A DNA stretch of 64,000 bases from Candidatus Latescibacterota bacterium (GCA_965203805.1 OZ241917.1:4192001-4256000), one strand, 5' to 3'. Numbered from the stretch's first letter, positions 51,985-62,682 are shown. Made by a program: numbers and translations. The notes: generated from the sequence alone by a model not told the origin.

Positions 51985-54708
51985 CTATTTCCGGGGCAGA
52001 ATTAGATGCCTCACGTCCATGATCTCATATCGATTCTCGCCAACCCAGGTCCGTCGCGGGAAATAGACATGCCGGCTTGTCCCGTCCGGGTCGATTTCGA
52101 ACCCGGGATCGTCGGCCAGTACCAGGACGGTCCGGCCATCCCGATTCACGACGTCCGCCAACCCGATCCCCAGCGTAAACCCGGCCCCGTCTTCGACCAC
52201 GACCGTCGAACCTGTTATCCTGTCCCCATCAGGAACATTGCCCTCCACAACCAGTCCGTTGACGTCGGAACCGGTTTCCTTACGCAGCACCTCCAGGATC
52301 GCGCCTCTGAAGATTCCTCGGCCCGTGAGTCTGGCGTTGCCCTTTTGCAGCAGCGACCCGCCCACCAGGGTCATCCGTTCGACGCCGCCGTCGCGCTCCC
52401 GGACAAACCCGATCCGGCCATCCAGCAATGCGTCTCCAGCTACCATCCGTCTGCCATTCGGGTTGCAGAACAAATAATCCGTATAGTCCACCCCGACGAT
52501 CTTCAGCGCCACACCGTCGAAACCGGTGCGCAGTCGCTCCACCGAGCGCAGGAACGGCGCTTCGCCGAACGGTTCCAGCACATTCACGAATGTGCTGGAG
52601 AGATCTTTCCCCTGACGCCGATGGATCAATGCCGGCATGGTGACGTCATCCAGCCTGGCTTCGCTTTCTTCCGCGCGCCGCACGGACGGCATGCTCCCGA
52701 AGAGCAGTTCCCCGTCCAACTCCGAGACCCCGTGGACGCGGACCCCGCCTTCCGGTTCGCCCGTGCTGGTGAATATCACCTCCCACGGCCCGGCAATTTG
52801 CGCGCGGCTGACGTCTCGCACGTACGCGTAGACGAAGTTGTGACCCTCGGCATATCCGGGTACGGTTTCCCCGCTGGGCAGCACGACCTTCACATCGGGC
52901 GGCAGCAGCGTTTCGCCGCAGGCCGTCCGATCCAGGTCCGTCTCGGTCGAACCGTCGTTGTTCGCGTCTCCCACAAGCACGAAATCGTGCTGCGATCCCC
53001 CTTCAACCCGAAACACATCCACCACGTACGCGTCCTGCTCCGAAACGCCGATCATCACGAGCAATCTAATGTAATCCTGTACGACCCCGGGATACGCCCG
53101 GTTGCCCTGCGCGGCCACCGCCTGAAACCCGCTGTTTCCCGGCACAAACAACAGCAGGTTGCCGTCGGAAGGGTTGTTTTCATTGCCCTGCGCCTGGTCC
53201 TCGCCGTTCACGACCACTGTGCTGTGTGACAGCGTGCTGGACGCCCACTGCCGCTGGTGGGTCCAGGTGTATCCTAAGTCGGACAGCCGCTCCTGACCAT
53301 GCGAAAACAGCGTAATGCTCAACAGGTCCGCGTGCGCGTGTCCGTACGCGCCGGAAAAGTGCAGGTGAGCCTGCATCTGATTCGCGCCATCGCCACGGCC
53401 GAGCCAGGCGTGCCCCGCGCCGCCAAGCAGATAAGGGCGGGAGCATTCGGTGGGCGCACGATGCTCCCGCGCCCATGTGTCGTGTACCGCAACCACGCGC
53501 CCGTTCGGGTATCGCAGGAGATCCGGAATCCGCCTCGCCTTTTCGAAGAGCGGAAACCGGTCCGAGAGATCCAGATTCCCGTAACGCGCTCCGGTCTCGG
53601 GATGGACATAGCCTTCCGGATCGCTATACCCATCCAGCAGGCGCATCGCGCCGGCCAGGCCGCCCACTGTCTGATTATGATACGAGACCGCCGCTTCCCG
53701 CCACATCCCATCCACGAAAAACTGTTTGCGGATCAGGTCGCCAATCCAGTCCACCGCCTCGTGCACGTACGCGGGCTCGGCAAGGACCCGTCCCGCCGAA
53801 ATCAGGCCGTGCAGGATCGTCGGATCCATATTGCTGAGCGTAATCGGATAGGAACGCACAAACGAAACGCTGCCTCGAATCAGATCGTCTTCGATTCTTC
53901 GCTTCATTCCGTCGTCAATCTGGCCGCTCTCGCGAATCAGATCGTAGGCAAGGACCAGGTTTGACGGAATATCCCCGTACGCCCAGTAGTCCCACTTCGC
54001 CGCCAGATACGGTGACACCGGAAAGGGGAACGTCCGGTATCCCTCAAAAACCACCTTGGGCCGGAACGGCGCGTCGAACCGCGCGCAGTATCCGGGATAG
54101 ACCTGGGCAAAGCGATCCAGGATCAGCGCCGCTCTGCGGGCGAATTCCGGTTTCCCTGTGAGAAAATACAGCTTTCCGAGATGATGGGCCGCATCCGAAA
54201 AATACATCCGGGCCACGTACCATCCCTTGGCCCGGAAATAGTGCCGGTACTTTTCGTCCGGCGCGAACTGCGAGAGCGATCCGGGCAACTCCGCCGGCGG
54301 TGGAAACGGCGCCTCCCAGTAAGGATATTCCTGGACCTCGCCCCGCGGATTGGTCACCCGCATCACCCCGTTTTCGGGGAACTTCGGGTTCGGAAACCTC
54401 ATCTTGCAGAACAGGCAGAAGACCCGGTCGGGCTCCTCGATCGACCACGACAGTTGATTTTCCTCGGCGCCCCCCTCGCAATTCGGACAGTCCACAAACC
54501 GGAAGCCGGACCGGTCCGGAATCAACCGCGCAAGCTCGTCTTCGGAAAGCGCCATGAGGGGCGCCAGGCTCTTCTCGAGACCCGCAACGTGACCTTGGTC
54601 GACGTCAGGATGGAACACCGGATCCGCGTAAATACGTTCAGGCATCAGAATCAGCAGCAACACCAGGGCCGACACCACAAAGGTCAATATCATTTCCCGG
54701 TCCGTCAC
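51985..54708 (-). CDS. Heparinase II/III family protein
   Basis: N-terminal TM/signal, CPNC...CLFC, DGMWRE..VSYH, GHAHADLLSI, SDLGY, HSTVVVNG. Confidence 0.88.
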   Translation of the reverse strand: MTDREMILTFVVSALVLLLILMPERIYADPVFHPDVDQGHVAGLEKSLAPLMALSEDELARLIPDRSGFRFVDCPNCEGGAEENQLSWSIEEPDRVFCLFCKMRFPNPKFPENGVMRVTNPRGEVQEYPYWEAPFPPPAELPGSLSQFAPDEKYRHYFRAKGWYVARMYFSDAAHHLGKLYFLTGKPEFARRAALILDRFAQVYPGYCARFDAPFRPKVVFEGYRTFPFPVSPYLAAKWDYWAYGDIPSNLVLAYDLIRESGQIDDGMKRRIEDDLIRGSVSFVRSYPITLSNMDPTILHGLISAGRVLAEPAYVHEAVDWIGDLIRKQFFVDGMWREAAVSYHNQTVGGLAGAMRLLDGYSDPEGYVHPETGARYGNLDLSDRFPLFEKARRIPDLLRYPNGRVVAVHDTWAREHRAPTECSRPYLLGGAGHAWLGRGDGANQMQAHLHFSGAYGHAHADLLSITLFSHGQERLSDLGYTWTHQRQWASSTLSHSTVVVNGEDQAQGNENNPSDGNLLLFVPGNSGFQAVAAQGNRAYPGVVQDYIRLLVMIGVSEQDAYVVDVFRVEGGSQHDFVLVGDANNDGSTETDLDRTACGETLLPPDVKVVLPSGETVPGYAEGHNFVYAYVRDVSRAQIAGPWEVIFTSTGEPEGGVRVHGVSELDGELLFGSMPSVRRAEESEARLDDVTMPALIHRRQGKDLSSTFVNVLEPFGEAPFLRSVERLRTGFDGVALKIVGVDYTDYLFCNPNGRRMVAGDALLDGRIGFVRERDGGVERMTLVGGSLLQKGNARLTGRGIFRGAILEVLRKETGSDVNGLVVEGNVPDGDRITGSTVVVEDGAGFTLGIGLADVVNRDGRTVLVLADDPGFEIDPDGTSRHVYFPRRTWVGENRYEIMDVRHLILPRK

Positions 54709-56093
54709 GCGGGGAAATCGACGTCCTCGTCCAGTGGAAACACGGGCCGTCGAATCCGTTCATAGGGTAATGTCTCCAGCGCCAGGGTGGTACATCCCGG
54801 GCTGACCGCCATCAGCGCCGTGCCCGCGATTTCTCGCAGTTCCGGTGCGAGATACCCGTGTTTTACAACCACGATCCGGTGTTCCGCGGGATTCACGTTC
54901 GCCTCTTCGAAGCTTCGCAGTTCCAGGAAGGGCATGCGGTCGGCCGTCAACACGACCCTGACGCCGTCCACCTGAAACACGGCAATCCGCGGCGGATTCA
55001 CGGAGACGACCCTGCCCGCGACCTCCAGAGGAGACCCGTTTACCCTGTCGAGCTTGCCGCCGACATTCAGCGTCAGCCGGGCGCCGGTTCCCGCTTCGAG
55101 ACACCGCGCCACGGCTTCGGCATCGGCGATCCCCGCGACAACCGCGTCTCCGGCGCCCGCCTCCAACAGCGCTCTCAACACCACGGGAACATCCCCCGCC
55201 GCCCCGGCCGTGACGTTGTCTCCCGAGTCGGAAACAAATACGGGATGGCGGTTCTCGCGGACCGCCCGCCGAACGACGTCTTCCACGGGCAGCGTCACCA
55301 CGTCCGGCGCGAATTCATCGCGGCGGCGCCAGATTTCCCGCGCCATGCGTTCCGCCTGCTCCCCGGCCGCGTCGCGATTCTCCGAAACCACGATCGCCGC
55401 CGCGGACGTAAAGGGAGAGTCGGTCCACGCGCACCCGATCATGATCGACGCGTCCAGAACGTCGGGTTGCGCTTCCACGTCCCGAAGTCCCGCGTACAGG
55501 GACCGGGCGGGCTCCACCCCCGTGGCCGCGTGTTCGCCCGGAAGCAGCATGGGCAGCCTTACGATGGCATTCAGCGGCAGGATGCCTTCCTTTACGCAGC
55601 GGACCAGATGCCCGATCGCCCGCATCTGGGTCTCGCGCCTGTCCACGTGGGGCGCGGTCCGCAACGCTGTCAGCACATTGGTCTTCTCCACGACGTCGTG
55701 CGCGAGATTGGCGTGCAGATCCAGGCTGGCGACAATCGGAATCTCGTCGCCGACCGCCTCGCGCACGCGGCAGACCAGGTCGCGCTCCCCGTCGCCAACG
55801 TCCTCCACCTCCATCGCTCCGTGCAGATCCAGGTACACGCCGTCCACCGGGGATGCTCCGCGCAGTCGATCCACCAGTTCGTCCGCCATGGACTCGTACG
55901 CCTTCCGAAGGACCAGCCCATGCGGCTGCGCCTTCGAGACCAGCGCAGGCGCCCATTCGACGTTGCCGAACGCCTGCCAGGGGACATCGGCCAGAATTTC
56001 CTCCCCGCGCAGGACGCGGAAGTCCTCGATACCCGCCCGAAGCGGAGAAAACGTGTTCGTTTCATGCCTGATCCCGCAAATCGCCAGCCGCAT
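54705..56093 (-). CDS. M81 family metallopeptidase (MlrC-like)
   Basis: HETNTFS, DLHGAM, DLHAN, PHVD, DSGDN, VVVK. Confidence 0.92.
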   Translation of the reverse strand: MRLAICGIRHETNTFSPLRAGIEDFRVLRGEEILADVPWQAFGNVEWAPALVSKAQPHGLVLRKAYESMADELVDRLRGASPVDGVYLDLHGAMEVEDVGDGERDLVCRVREAVGDEIPIVASLDLHANLAHDVVEKTNVLTALRTAPHVDRRETQMRAIGHLVRCVKEGILPLNAIVRLPMLLPGEHAATGVEPARSLYAGLRDVEAQPDVLDASIMIGCAWTDSPFTSAAAIVVSENRDAAGEQAERMAREIWRRRDEFAPDVVTLPVEDVVRRAVRENRHPVFVSDSGDNVTAGAAGDVPVVLRALLEAGAGDAVVAGIADAEAVARCLEAGTGARLTLNVGGKLDRVNGSPLEVAGRVVSVNPPRIAVFQVDGVRVVLTADRMPFLELRSFEEANVNPAEHRIVVVKHGYLAPELREIAGTALMAVSPGCTTLALETLPYERIRRPVFPLDEDVDFPA

Positions 56094-56235
56094 TTGAGCT
56101 CAATTCGAAAAAAGATAACCGTCAAATTGGCCACAAAAAGCACAAGAGGTATCGGTGCGAAACGGCGTGTGTCGTAACGCCGTGACCCAGCAGATACGTA
56201 TCATTGACCGTCCCGCCGGGATTAGATTCCCGATC

Positions 56236-58650
56236 TCATACGGGCGCCACCTGGCCCACGTCCAGACACAATTCGAGGACTTTGCCGTCTTTCAGAACAC
56301 TCACGTCCACGCTTTGTCTCGATTCGTTGGTGAGGTATGCGCCGCCGCCGGAAACCGCTTCGATCCGAATGTCGCCGCCGGACCGGACCGTCATCACCTC
56401 TTTCGCGTAGAAGGCCTTTCCTCCTTCGATGGGCACTGCATACGCCACGCGCTGTCCGGAGACGCGCGTGATGCTCCCGAAAACCGGCACCTCACTCCCG
56501 GCGACGGTCTCAAACGTGCACAGCTTCCGCTTCGAACCAAAGTTGCCCGCGCAGAGATATCCGTCCACGATCAGCCCGACCGTATCGTCGGACGATTCGG
56601 CTACGCTCAGGAACTGGGCCGGCGTTTCCTCGTGGGGCTGTTCGGGACAGATCAGCATCGCCAGCGCGCCCACCTGCTCACCGGCGCGGTACTCCTTCGC
56701 CGCCTCGTCCAGGCTCAGGAACAGATCGTCGGCGACCGCCCTGAAGGCGAAGGGCGGAAAATAGTGGCGGTTTACATAGCGGGTCCCGCCGGTCCCTTTG
56801 AAGACGATCCCCAGCTGATCGTCCACGTTCAGCCACCCGGGATCGCGCAGGTCGAACACGACGTCGGCGTCGGGATCGTTGCCGGGAAACCCCGGAAACG
56901 TCTCCGCTCCATTCGAATGGTGGAGGATGCGCTCTCCGTCACACGCGCCGCCGACGAGGGGGAAGTCTTCGTTGACAATTCTGATGAATCCCTGATCGAG
57001 CCGCTCTACGATGCAGTCTTCCAACGCACCGAGTCGTTCACTGACCACCATCCGTCCATCCGGAAGCGAGCAGCACAACACGCGCTGGCGAATCGTGTCC
57101 TGAGCCCGGTGGTTTACCATCAACGCCGCAAAGCCGTCGTCGTTCCGGGTCACCTCCATCACAATCAGGTCGTGGCTTTGCGGACGGTCCCGCACGGTCA
57201 CGTTGGCCAGCAGACTCCACCGGCTGGGCCCCACCGTGTGTACCCCGTCGCGCGTAAACGGCAGCGCCATCACGTAATTTCGCCAGGACAGGGAATTCTG
57301 GCCCTTTGCGTGGCGATGATGCACAAATCCCGAGTGCGCGAAAATCCGGACCCCGTTGAATTTCGCCGCAATCTCCGCCTCCGACGCGGGCGCCGGCGCT
57401 TCCGCATCCATCAGCCGGTGCAGGAGGTAGGGCTTCACGATCAAGGCAATCATCTCCGACTCCTTGATCTCCATGGGGTCCTCCACCTCGTGGCAGGTTT
57501 CCGCAACGACGGGATCGATCAGACGCCCGCCGTTCCCCTCCTGTTTTTTCTCTCGGATCGCCAGCGATACTTCCTCGAAATACCCCGCATCGGGGTCCTT
57601 CAAAAACAGATAGGCCGATGCATGCAGCGCGTGCTGTTCCCCCAGATAAAGGCGGTCCATCCCCTGTGTGGGCATTGCCGATCCGGTCTCGTCCGTCAGC
57701 AGTTTGATCGCATCGTAGACACGCTGGCGATTCCAGTAGGCTTCCGGAGGTTCGGTCCTTCCGTACATCCGGTAGAGCAGTCCCAGAGCGGCCACCGACT
57801 GGACCCCGGAGGCGGTATAGCCGGGGTGGACCATGCCGTGGTTCTCGGCCATGTAGTCCGGCAGCGTGGTAAACGTCTTGCCGGTCAGCGCAGCGGCCGT
57901 CAACCCGGATTTCAGCGCCCCCTCGTTGAACCGGTCCTGCGGGGCCGCGCATGCCGAGAACATCCATCGCCGCGCGCAGGTTTCCCACGCTTCCGCCCGC
58001 TCGTGTCCGGACAGAAACAGATAACACGCCGCCAGTCCGTGCGCCGTCCACGCGTTCTCTTCCATCTGCGTATCGGCAAAGACCCCGCTCTTCGGCGCCA
58101 TGTCAGCGAACCGATCGAGATAGTCCAGACAGATCTCCGCCAGCATCATCCGCGTTTCGTCGTCCACGTACGGCTGCAGCATCAGGGCGGCGGAGGTCAT
58201 ATTCGCGACGGTCCCGCCGCACTGGCTCTCCGGGAAGAACCCCCGGCCCCGTTCGCCCCACTTTGTGCCCCAGGACCTGGGCATGCCCAGCCCCGTGGAC
58301 GGCCGGAGACATTCCTCAGGGCCCGTATCGTGCGTGAAACACAGGTATCGGATGGCCTTGATGACAACCTCCCGGAGGTTGTCGATGGAGAGTCCCGTTG
58401 TCTTCTCGTCGTACTCCGGTGAGGTGCCCACCGCGGCCAGGGCGTGCAGCGGGACGGCCGTCTCGATGCCGTACCAGTGGACCCCGCCGAAAAAGTGTCC
58501 GCAGTTGGGGCGCTCCCCCCAATCGTGGAAATAGCTCAGCGCGGTGGGAAACCACTTCTGCGCCATCCGCAGATATCGCCGGCTCATCGGGGTTTCGGCG
58601 GCGGGTGTGCACGCGCCTTTCAGGCTGGTGATCATGTCGGGCGTGACCAC
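56236..58650 (-). CDS. Uncharacterised ~800-aa protein (paralog B)
   Basis: Full-length alignable with 49166..51601; AAGGAG RBS. Confidence 0.75.
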   Translation of the reverse strand: MVTPDMITSLKGACTPAAETPMSRRYLRMAQKWFPTALSYFHDWGERPNCGHFFGGVHWYGIETAVPLHALAAVGTSPEYDEKTTGLSIDNLREVVIKAIRYLCFTHDTGPEECLRPSTGLGMPRSWGTKWGERGRGFFPESQCGGTVANMTSAALMLQPYVDDETRMMLAEICLDYLDRFADMAPKSGVFADTQMEENAWTAHGLAACYLFLSGHERAEAWETCARRWMFSACAAPQDRFNEGALKSGLTAAALTGKTFTTLPDYMAENHGMVHPGYTASGVQSVAALGLLYRMYGRTEPPEAYWNRQRVYDAIKLLTDETGSAMPTQGMDRLYLGEQHALHASAYLFLKDPDAGYFEEVSLAIREKKQEGNGGRLIDPVVAETCHEVEDPMEIKESEMIALIVKPYLLHRLMDAEAPAPASEAEIAAKFNGVRIFAHSGFVHHRHAKGQNSLSWRNYVMALPFTRDGVHTVGPSRWSLLANVTVRDRPQSHDLIVMEVTRNDDGFAALMVNHRAQDTIRQRVLCCSLPDGRMVVSERLGALEDCIVERLDQGFIRIVNEDFPLVGGACDGERILHHSNGAETFPGFPGNDPDADVVFDLRDPGWLNVDDQLGIVFKGTGGTRYVNRHYFPPFAFRAVADDLFLSLDEAAKEYRAGEQVGALAMLICPEQPHEETPAQFLSVAESSDDTVGLIVDGYLCAGNFGSKRKLCTFETVAGSEVPVFGSITRVSGQRVAYAVPIEGGKAFYAKEVMTVRSGGDIRIEAVSGGGAYLTNESRQSVDVSVLKDGKVLELCLDVGQVAPV

Positions 58651-58675
58651 GCTCTATCGCTCCTTGAAGAGAATA

Positions 58676-59476
58676 TCAACTCAACATCCGTTCGGCTCGC
58701 TTGTGGCAGATTTCCTCCAGCGTTTCTTCGTCCACCGGCAACACCGCGCACTTCACCGTCGCGGCGGAGGGATACGAGAACGGCGCGTGGGTGCCGAATA
58801 CGAGGTGGTCCGCGCCGCCCTGCGCGATGAAATTCGCCAGATCTCCCAGGTCGTTCACGTTTCGGTTCAACGAGTAGTGGACTTCAGCAAGGGACAGGTC
58901 GAAATACCAGTCGCGGTCCCGAATCTCGTGTCGCCGCCACACGGGGGAACCTGCAATGCCCCGTGCATTGGGTATCACGATCGTCGCTCCCGGTACCGCG
59001 GCGATCAGATTCGCCGCGCCGTCCAGGTCCAACATCCGTCCGGGATCCATCCAGTGCCTCTGCCGGACGTCCTCGATCCGATGCGGAAGGAACACGGGAA
59101 GGCCCCGTTCGGCGCAGGCCGATACGACCTTTCGCGCTTCGGGTCCATCCACGGCGAATTCATGGTATTGCGGGAACAGCCTCGCGCCCTTCATGCCCAG
59201 GTCTTCGTGACACCGGCGCAGGTCGCCTTCCCAATTCGCGTCGGCCGCATTGATCGTCGCCATCGGAATCAACCGATCCGTAAACCCCTCCAGGTCCTCC
59301 GCCAACCGCTCGTTTGCCGGCTGTACGCTCCGGTGCAGAATCGCTTCGATCCTGGAGACGGCGGCCTTGCCGATGCCTGCCCGGTCCAGCCGTCTGATGA
59401 GTGTATCGGGCGTATTGTCCCGCAATGCCCGAAAGGGCCATGAACCCAACCATGCATTGACATCGATGTATTTCAC
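58676..59476 (-). CDS. Amidohydrolase_2 family protein
   Basis: IDVNAWLG, RLFPQYH, LVFGT; overlaps the upstream gene by 4 nt. Confidence 0.85.
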   Translation of the reverse strand: MKYIDVNAWLGSWPFRALRDNTPDTLIRRLDRAGIGKAAVSRIEAILHRSVQPANERLAEDLEGFTDRLIPMATINAADANWEGDLRRCHEDLGMKGARLFPQYHEFAVDGPEARKVVSACAERGLPVFLPHRIEDVRQRHWMDPGRMLDLDGAANLIAAVPGATIVIPNARGIAGSPVWRRHEIRDRDWYFDLSLAEVHYSLNRNVNDLGDLANFIAQGGADHLVFGTHAPFSYPSAATVKCAVLPVDEETLEEICHKRAERMLS

Positions 59477-60315
59477 GCCGCAACCTCCTTCCCCTGCCGG
59501 AGCGGCGCCGCGCCCTGGGCGGCCAGAATCCGCTCCGCGTTTTCCCAGAAAATCATGTCCTTTTCCTTATCCGTCAGCGTGGCGTCGATGACCTTTCCCA
59601 CGCTGCCGGACATGGTGCCGTCTGTGCCGAACAGCACCCGGTCCGCGCCCATTTCGGCCACCGCCAGTTCGACCTGCCCGTCGTCCAGATTGCTGCCACT
59701 GACGTCGCAGACCAGGGCGCGCGACGTGCCCCGCATCGCGCGAATGGTGTTTTCCCAGTCGCCGCCGCCGCCGATGTGCGCGTGGATGACCATCGCCTCC
59801 GGATACCGCCGGTTCATTGCGGCAAAGTGGCGTCCGTTGGAAATCAGCGGCTGCGCGTCGAGGTGTTCTCTGGCGGTCGGGAGGCCCGCGTGCTCCAGAA
59901 GGGGGACCTTGCGCTCGACGATGCGTTCGATGACCGGATACACGGCCGGATCGTCGATGCGGTACTGGTTGTAGAGTTTCAGGCCGATCATACCCGCATC
60001 CAGGCAACGGTCAATCTCGTCCAACGCGTGACGATAATGTCCCGGAATGACGAAACACAGGCCCCGGATATGGTCGGGAAAGCGTTTCATTGCCCTCAGC
60101 ACGGCATCGTTTTCCGCGCGTACTTCCTCGATACCGGCAAGCCGCCCGCCCGTAATGGGCGACGAACACCAGAATTCCGTGATGCCCAGCATGTCGCCCG
60201 TCGAGATCAGCCGCTCGGCGGACGTCGCCTCGTCCGCCTCGTTCCCAAGATTCCAGACGTGGCAGTGCGCGTCGATCTTGGGCCGTCGGAGCCATCTTTC
60301 GATATCCAGACTCAT
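59473..60315 (-). CDS. Amidohydrolase_2 family protein
   Basis: IDAHCH, GLKL, LEHAG, HAHIGGG, RVLFGTD, WENA. Confidence 0.9.
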   Translation of the reverse strand: MSLDIERWLRRPKIDAHCHVWNLGNEADEATSAERLISTGDMLGITEFWCSSPITGGRLAGIEEVRAENDAVLRAMKRFPDHIRGLCFVIPGHYRHALDEIDRCLDAGMIGLKLYNQYRIDDPAVYPVIERIVERKVPLLEHAGLPTAREHLDAQPLISNGRHFAAMNRRYPEAMVIHAHIGGGGDWENTIRAMRGTSRALVCDVSGSNLDDGQVELAVAEMGADRVLFGTDGTMSGSVGKVIDATLTDKEKDMIFWENAERILAAQGAAPLRQGKEVAA

Positions 60316-60404
60316 TTCAAATCCTCCGAAGGTTTGAACGTAACGACAATTTCAAGATACCTTTAAGGACGACCGCTCCCGTGGCCGTCGAAATGCAGCA
60401 AAAA

Positions 60405-60630
60405 CAGCTATCAGCGGTCGGCTTTCAGCTTTCAGCTTGAATCAAAATCTCAATTCGTTCACGTGAGCGCCGTGAAGCGGCAGGGCTATAACGGGCGCAA
60501 CGAGGGCAAGAATGCCCTCGCTCCCGGGAAACCGGTCCCTCTCCCGGAGGGAAAGGAGGAGCGGAACCGGAGTGCCTCAGGGGTGGTTGGGCGGGGAGCT
60601 GACCGCTGACAGCTAACGGCTGACAGCTAC
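60405..60630. repeat. Second heptamer-flanked element
   Basis: Left tcagcgg/tcggctt/tcagctt/tcagcttgaa; right gctgacc/gctgaca/gctaacg/gctgaca; internal CCCTCTCCCGGAGGGAAAGG. Confidence 0.75.
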
Positions 60631-62391
60631 TTATTCCCTGTCCCATGGAAAAACGAACGTCGGCGGGTTCACGTACCGGTTCGTGGTGACCACGAGCCGG
60701 CTGCCGCTTCCTGGCGCCAGTCGTACCGTGAAGAAGGGCGAATCCACAGATTGGGTCCTGCCATCGACCTCGACCGCGGTTACCTGGTGCTCGGCATAGG
60801 CCCCCGCTTGCACAATCACGGTCCGATGATCCACCGGATTCACGTTCACCAGCGAGACCGTGGCCGTTTCGTCCGTCAGCCCCTCCACGAGCGCCGCTAC
60901 GTCCGCGGGTATCCCGGCGCGCCGCCGCGCGGGATCGAAGTACCGCAGGCGGCAGTGCAGCGGTTCGCCGTACCGGGGGTTCAATCCACCCAGCATCAAC
61001 TGGGTCAGACAGCTGTTGATGGCCGGATTGAACTTCAGCGTATCGTCCGACATCCGGGTATCGGGGGTACTTGCATCCGCGCGCATGCCGTTCATCTTTT
61101 CGCGGATGGACGCGAATTCCCGGCGCAGCGCCGCCTCGGCAAATCCCCCGTTCTCTCCATCCAGAAACTTCAGCCACGCATTCTCCGGCACGTATTTCAG
61201 GTCCGCCCGATCCATCGACCAGTAGTAGACGTCCAGCGCGCCCTGGCTGTAGGGCGATTGCTGGTAGTCGTACCAGCCGTCGTCGCCGTACATATGCGGG
61301 TACATCGTTCGGTCGTCCACCGTGCGGGTGTTCGCGTTCACGGCCGCGAGCATCCCGCGCCAAACGTCCACGTATTTCTGCTGTCCCGTCAACAACAGCG
61401 CATTTCCGAAGCCCGCCACGCCCCGGACAATCGCATTCCTGTTGGACAGTTCACCCGTCTGCGGCACGACTACCGTGAACCCCCAGCCGTAACACCCGCC
61501 ATACCACTTGCCGTCGCATTCGCCTCCGATTTTCCCGTCCAGTCCGATGTTGCTGGGGAGGATGCCGTTGTTCGCGGCGGCCCGTTCCGCCCATGCATCC
61601 ACGTAATCGACGACCCAGTCCCTGTATTTTTCCTCCGCATCGACCATAAAAGCGTTGAGGCCGAGGGTCGTGGCCGCCAGATTGATGGGATGGTCGCCGA
61701 CCACGTCCGTGTATTCCTCGAAGTGCGCCAGCATTTCCTCGAAATTGCGCTCGCCGTGCGCCGGGTCGAACCGCCCCTCCACCTCGACGGGGTCTCCCGC
61801 CCAGTCCAGCGCGGTCGCTTTCCGTAGCAAGGGCCCCCTGCTTCCGGTAAACAGGCTGCGGATGATCCTGTGCTCCGGATCGTAGTTCTTTGCCTGCGGG
61901 TCCTCATCCATATAGAGTCCGGCGTACCGCCTCGCGCGGTGCCTGAAGTTCATATCGTACGGATCCGACAATCCCTGCAGATTGAAGACGGCCAGGCTCT
62001 CGCCGTGGTGGAACCAGTCCAGGCTCACCGGGAACTCTTTATAGATCATCCCGTCCCGGGCCAGCGGTACCTCGACGGTCTTCGCCTCCGTATACTGCAG
62101 GAGGTGGCCTTCCCATCCCAGTTTGTACATGTCCAGAATACAGTCCGGAGCGCCAATCGCGTGCAGGATGGGCCAGCCCGTGAGATTCTCGATCGCGTCG
62201 TCAGGACCGTCGTTGCCGCCCCATCGGGGCACGCATTGCAAATAACCCCGCGCATCGAAATACCGATTGAAAAACGCCTCGCACGCCCGCGTCTGCGCCC
62301 GGATCAACTCTCTTTCGAGCAACGCCCATTCCGGCGGCGGCGTGGGCGTCTCGATCGAAACGGTCAACGCATTGGGATTCACCTTTGACAT
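60631..62391 (-). CDS. Conserved hypothetical protein, probable (alpha/alpha) barrel enzyme
   Basis: Long host-like ORF; RWGGNDGPDDA.E, DW.HHGE and RYFD..RRRAG.P blocks; GAGAGG RBS. Confidence 0.75.
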   Translation of the reverse strand: MSKVNPNALTVSIETPTPPPEWALLERELIRAQTRACEAFFNRYFDARGYLQCVPRWGGNDGPDDAIENLTGWPILHAIGAPDCILDMYKLGWEGHLLQYTEAKTVEVPLARDGMIYKEFPVSLDWFHHGESLAVFNLQGLSDPYDMNFRHRARRYAGLYMDEDPQAKNYDPEHRIIRSLFTGSRGPLLRKATALDWAGDPVEVEGRFDPAHGERNFEEMLAHFEEYTDVVGDHPINLAATTLGLNAFMVDAEEKYRDWVVDYVDAWAERAAANNGILPSNIGLDGKIGGECDGKWYGGCYGWGFTVVVPQTGELSNRNAIVRGVAGFGNALLLTGQQKYVDVWRGMLAAVNANTRTVDDRTMYPHMYGDDGWYDYQQSPYSQGALDVYYWSMDRADLKYVPENAWLKFLDGENGGFAEAALRREFASIREKMNGMRADASTPDTRMSDDTLKFNPAINSCLTQLMLGGLNPRYGEPLHCRLRYFDPARRRAGIPADVAALVEGLTDETATVSLVNVNPVDHRTVIVQAGAYAEHQVTAVEVDGRTQSVDSPFFTVRLAPGSGSRLVVTTNRYVNPPTFVFPWDRE

Positions 62392-62424
62392 TTCCAGATC
62401 CTCTCAATCATCGTTTCCTGGACG

Positions 62425-62682
62425 CCTGGTTTTCTCCCCCTTTCCCTCCGGGAGAGGGGGCTGGGGGGAGAGGTCTGCGCCTCGTCAGGTCCTGCTACCT
62501 CACAGCGCACGCGGCAATGGGTTTGCCTTTTGCTGTTTGTCTTTGCTTCAAGCTGATTGCTGAATGCTGACCGCTGAAGGCTGCTCTTCGACGGCAGGGA
62601 ATTTGGGGAGATGTGGATGTTGAAGTTGAATCTCGTCTTTTGGTTCAAGCTGACTGCTGAAAGCTGATGGCTGATGGCCGTT
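62425..62682. repeat. Third element: copy of the right half of the 51.6-kb element with two heptamer arrays
   Basis: TTTCTCCCCCT..CC..CCGGGAGAGGGGG.TGGGGGGAGAGGTCTGCG is shared with about 51810-51858; TTCAAGCTGA(nnGCTGA)n occurs twice. Confidence 0.8.

Noticed and set aside
52006-58422. Long plus-strand ORFs (407, 439, 347 and 755 aa)
   Set aside because: Antisense shadows of the heparinase, M81 and paralog B genes, with no recognisable motifs.
51603-62682. Repeats as a CRISPR array
   Set aside because: Units are degenerate 7-mers with no unique spacers, and no cas genes are present.
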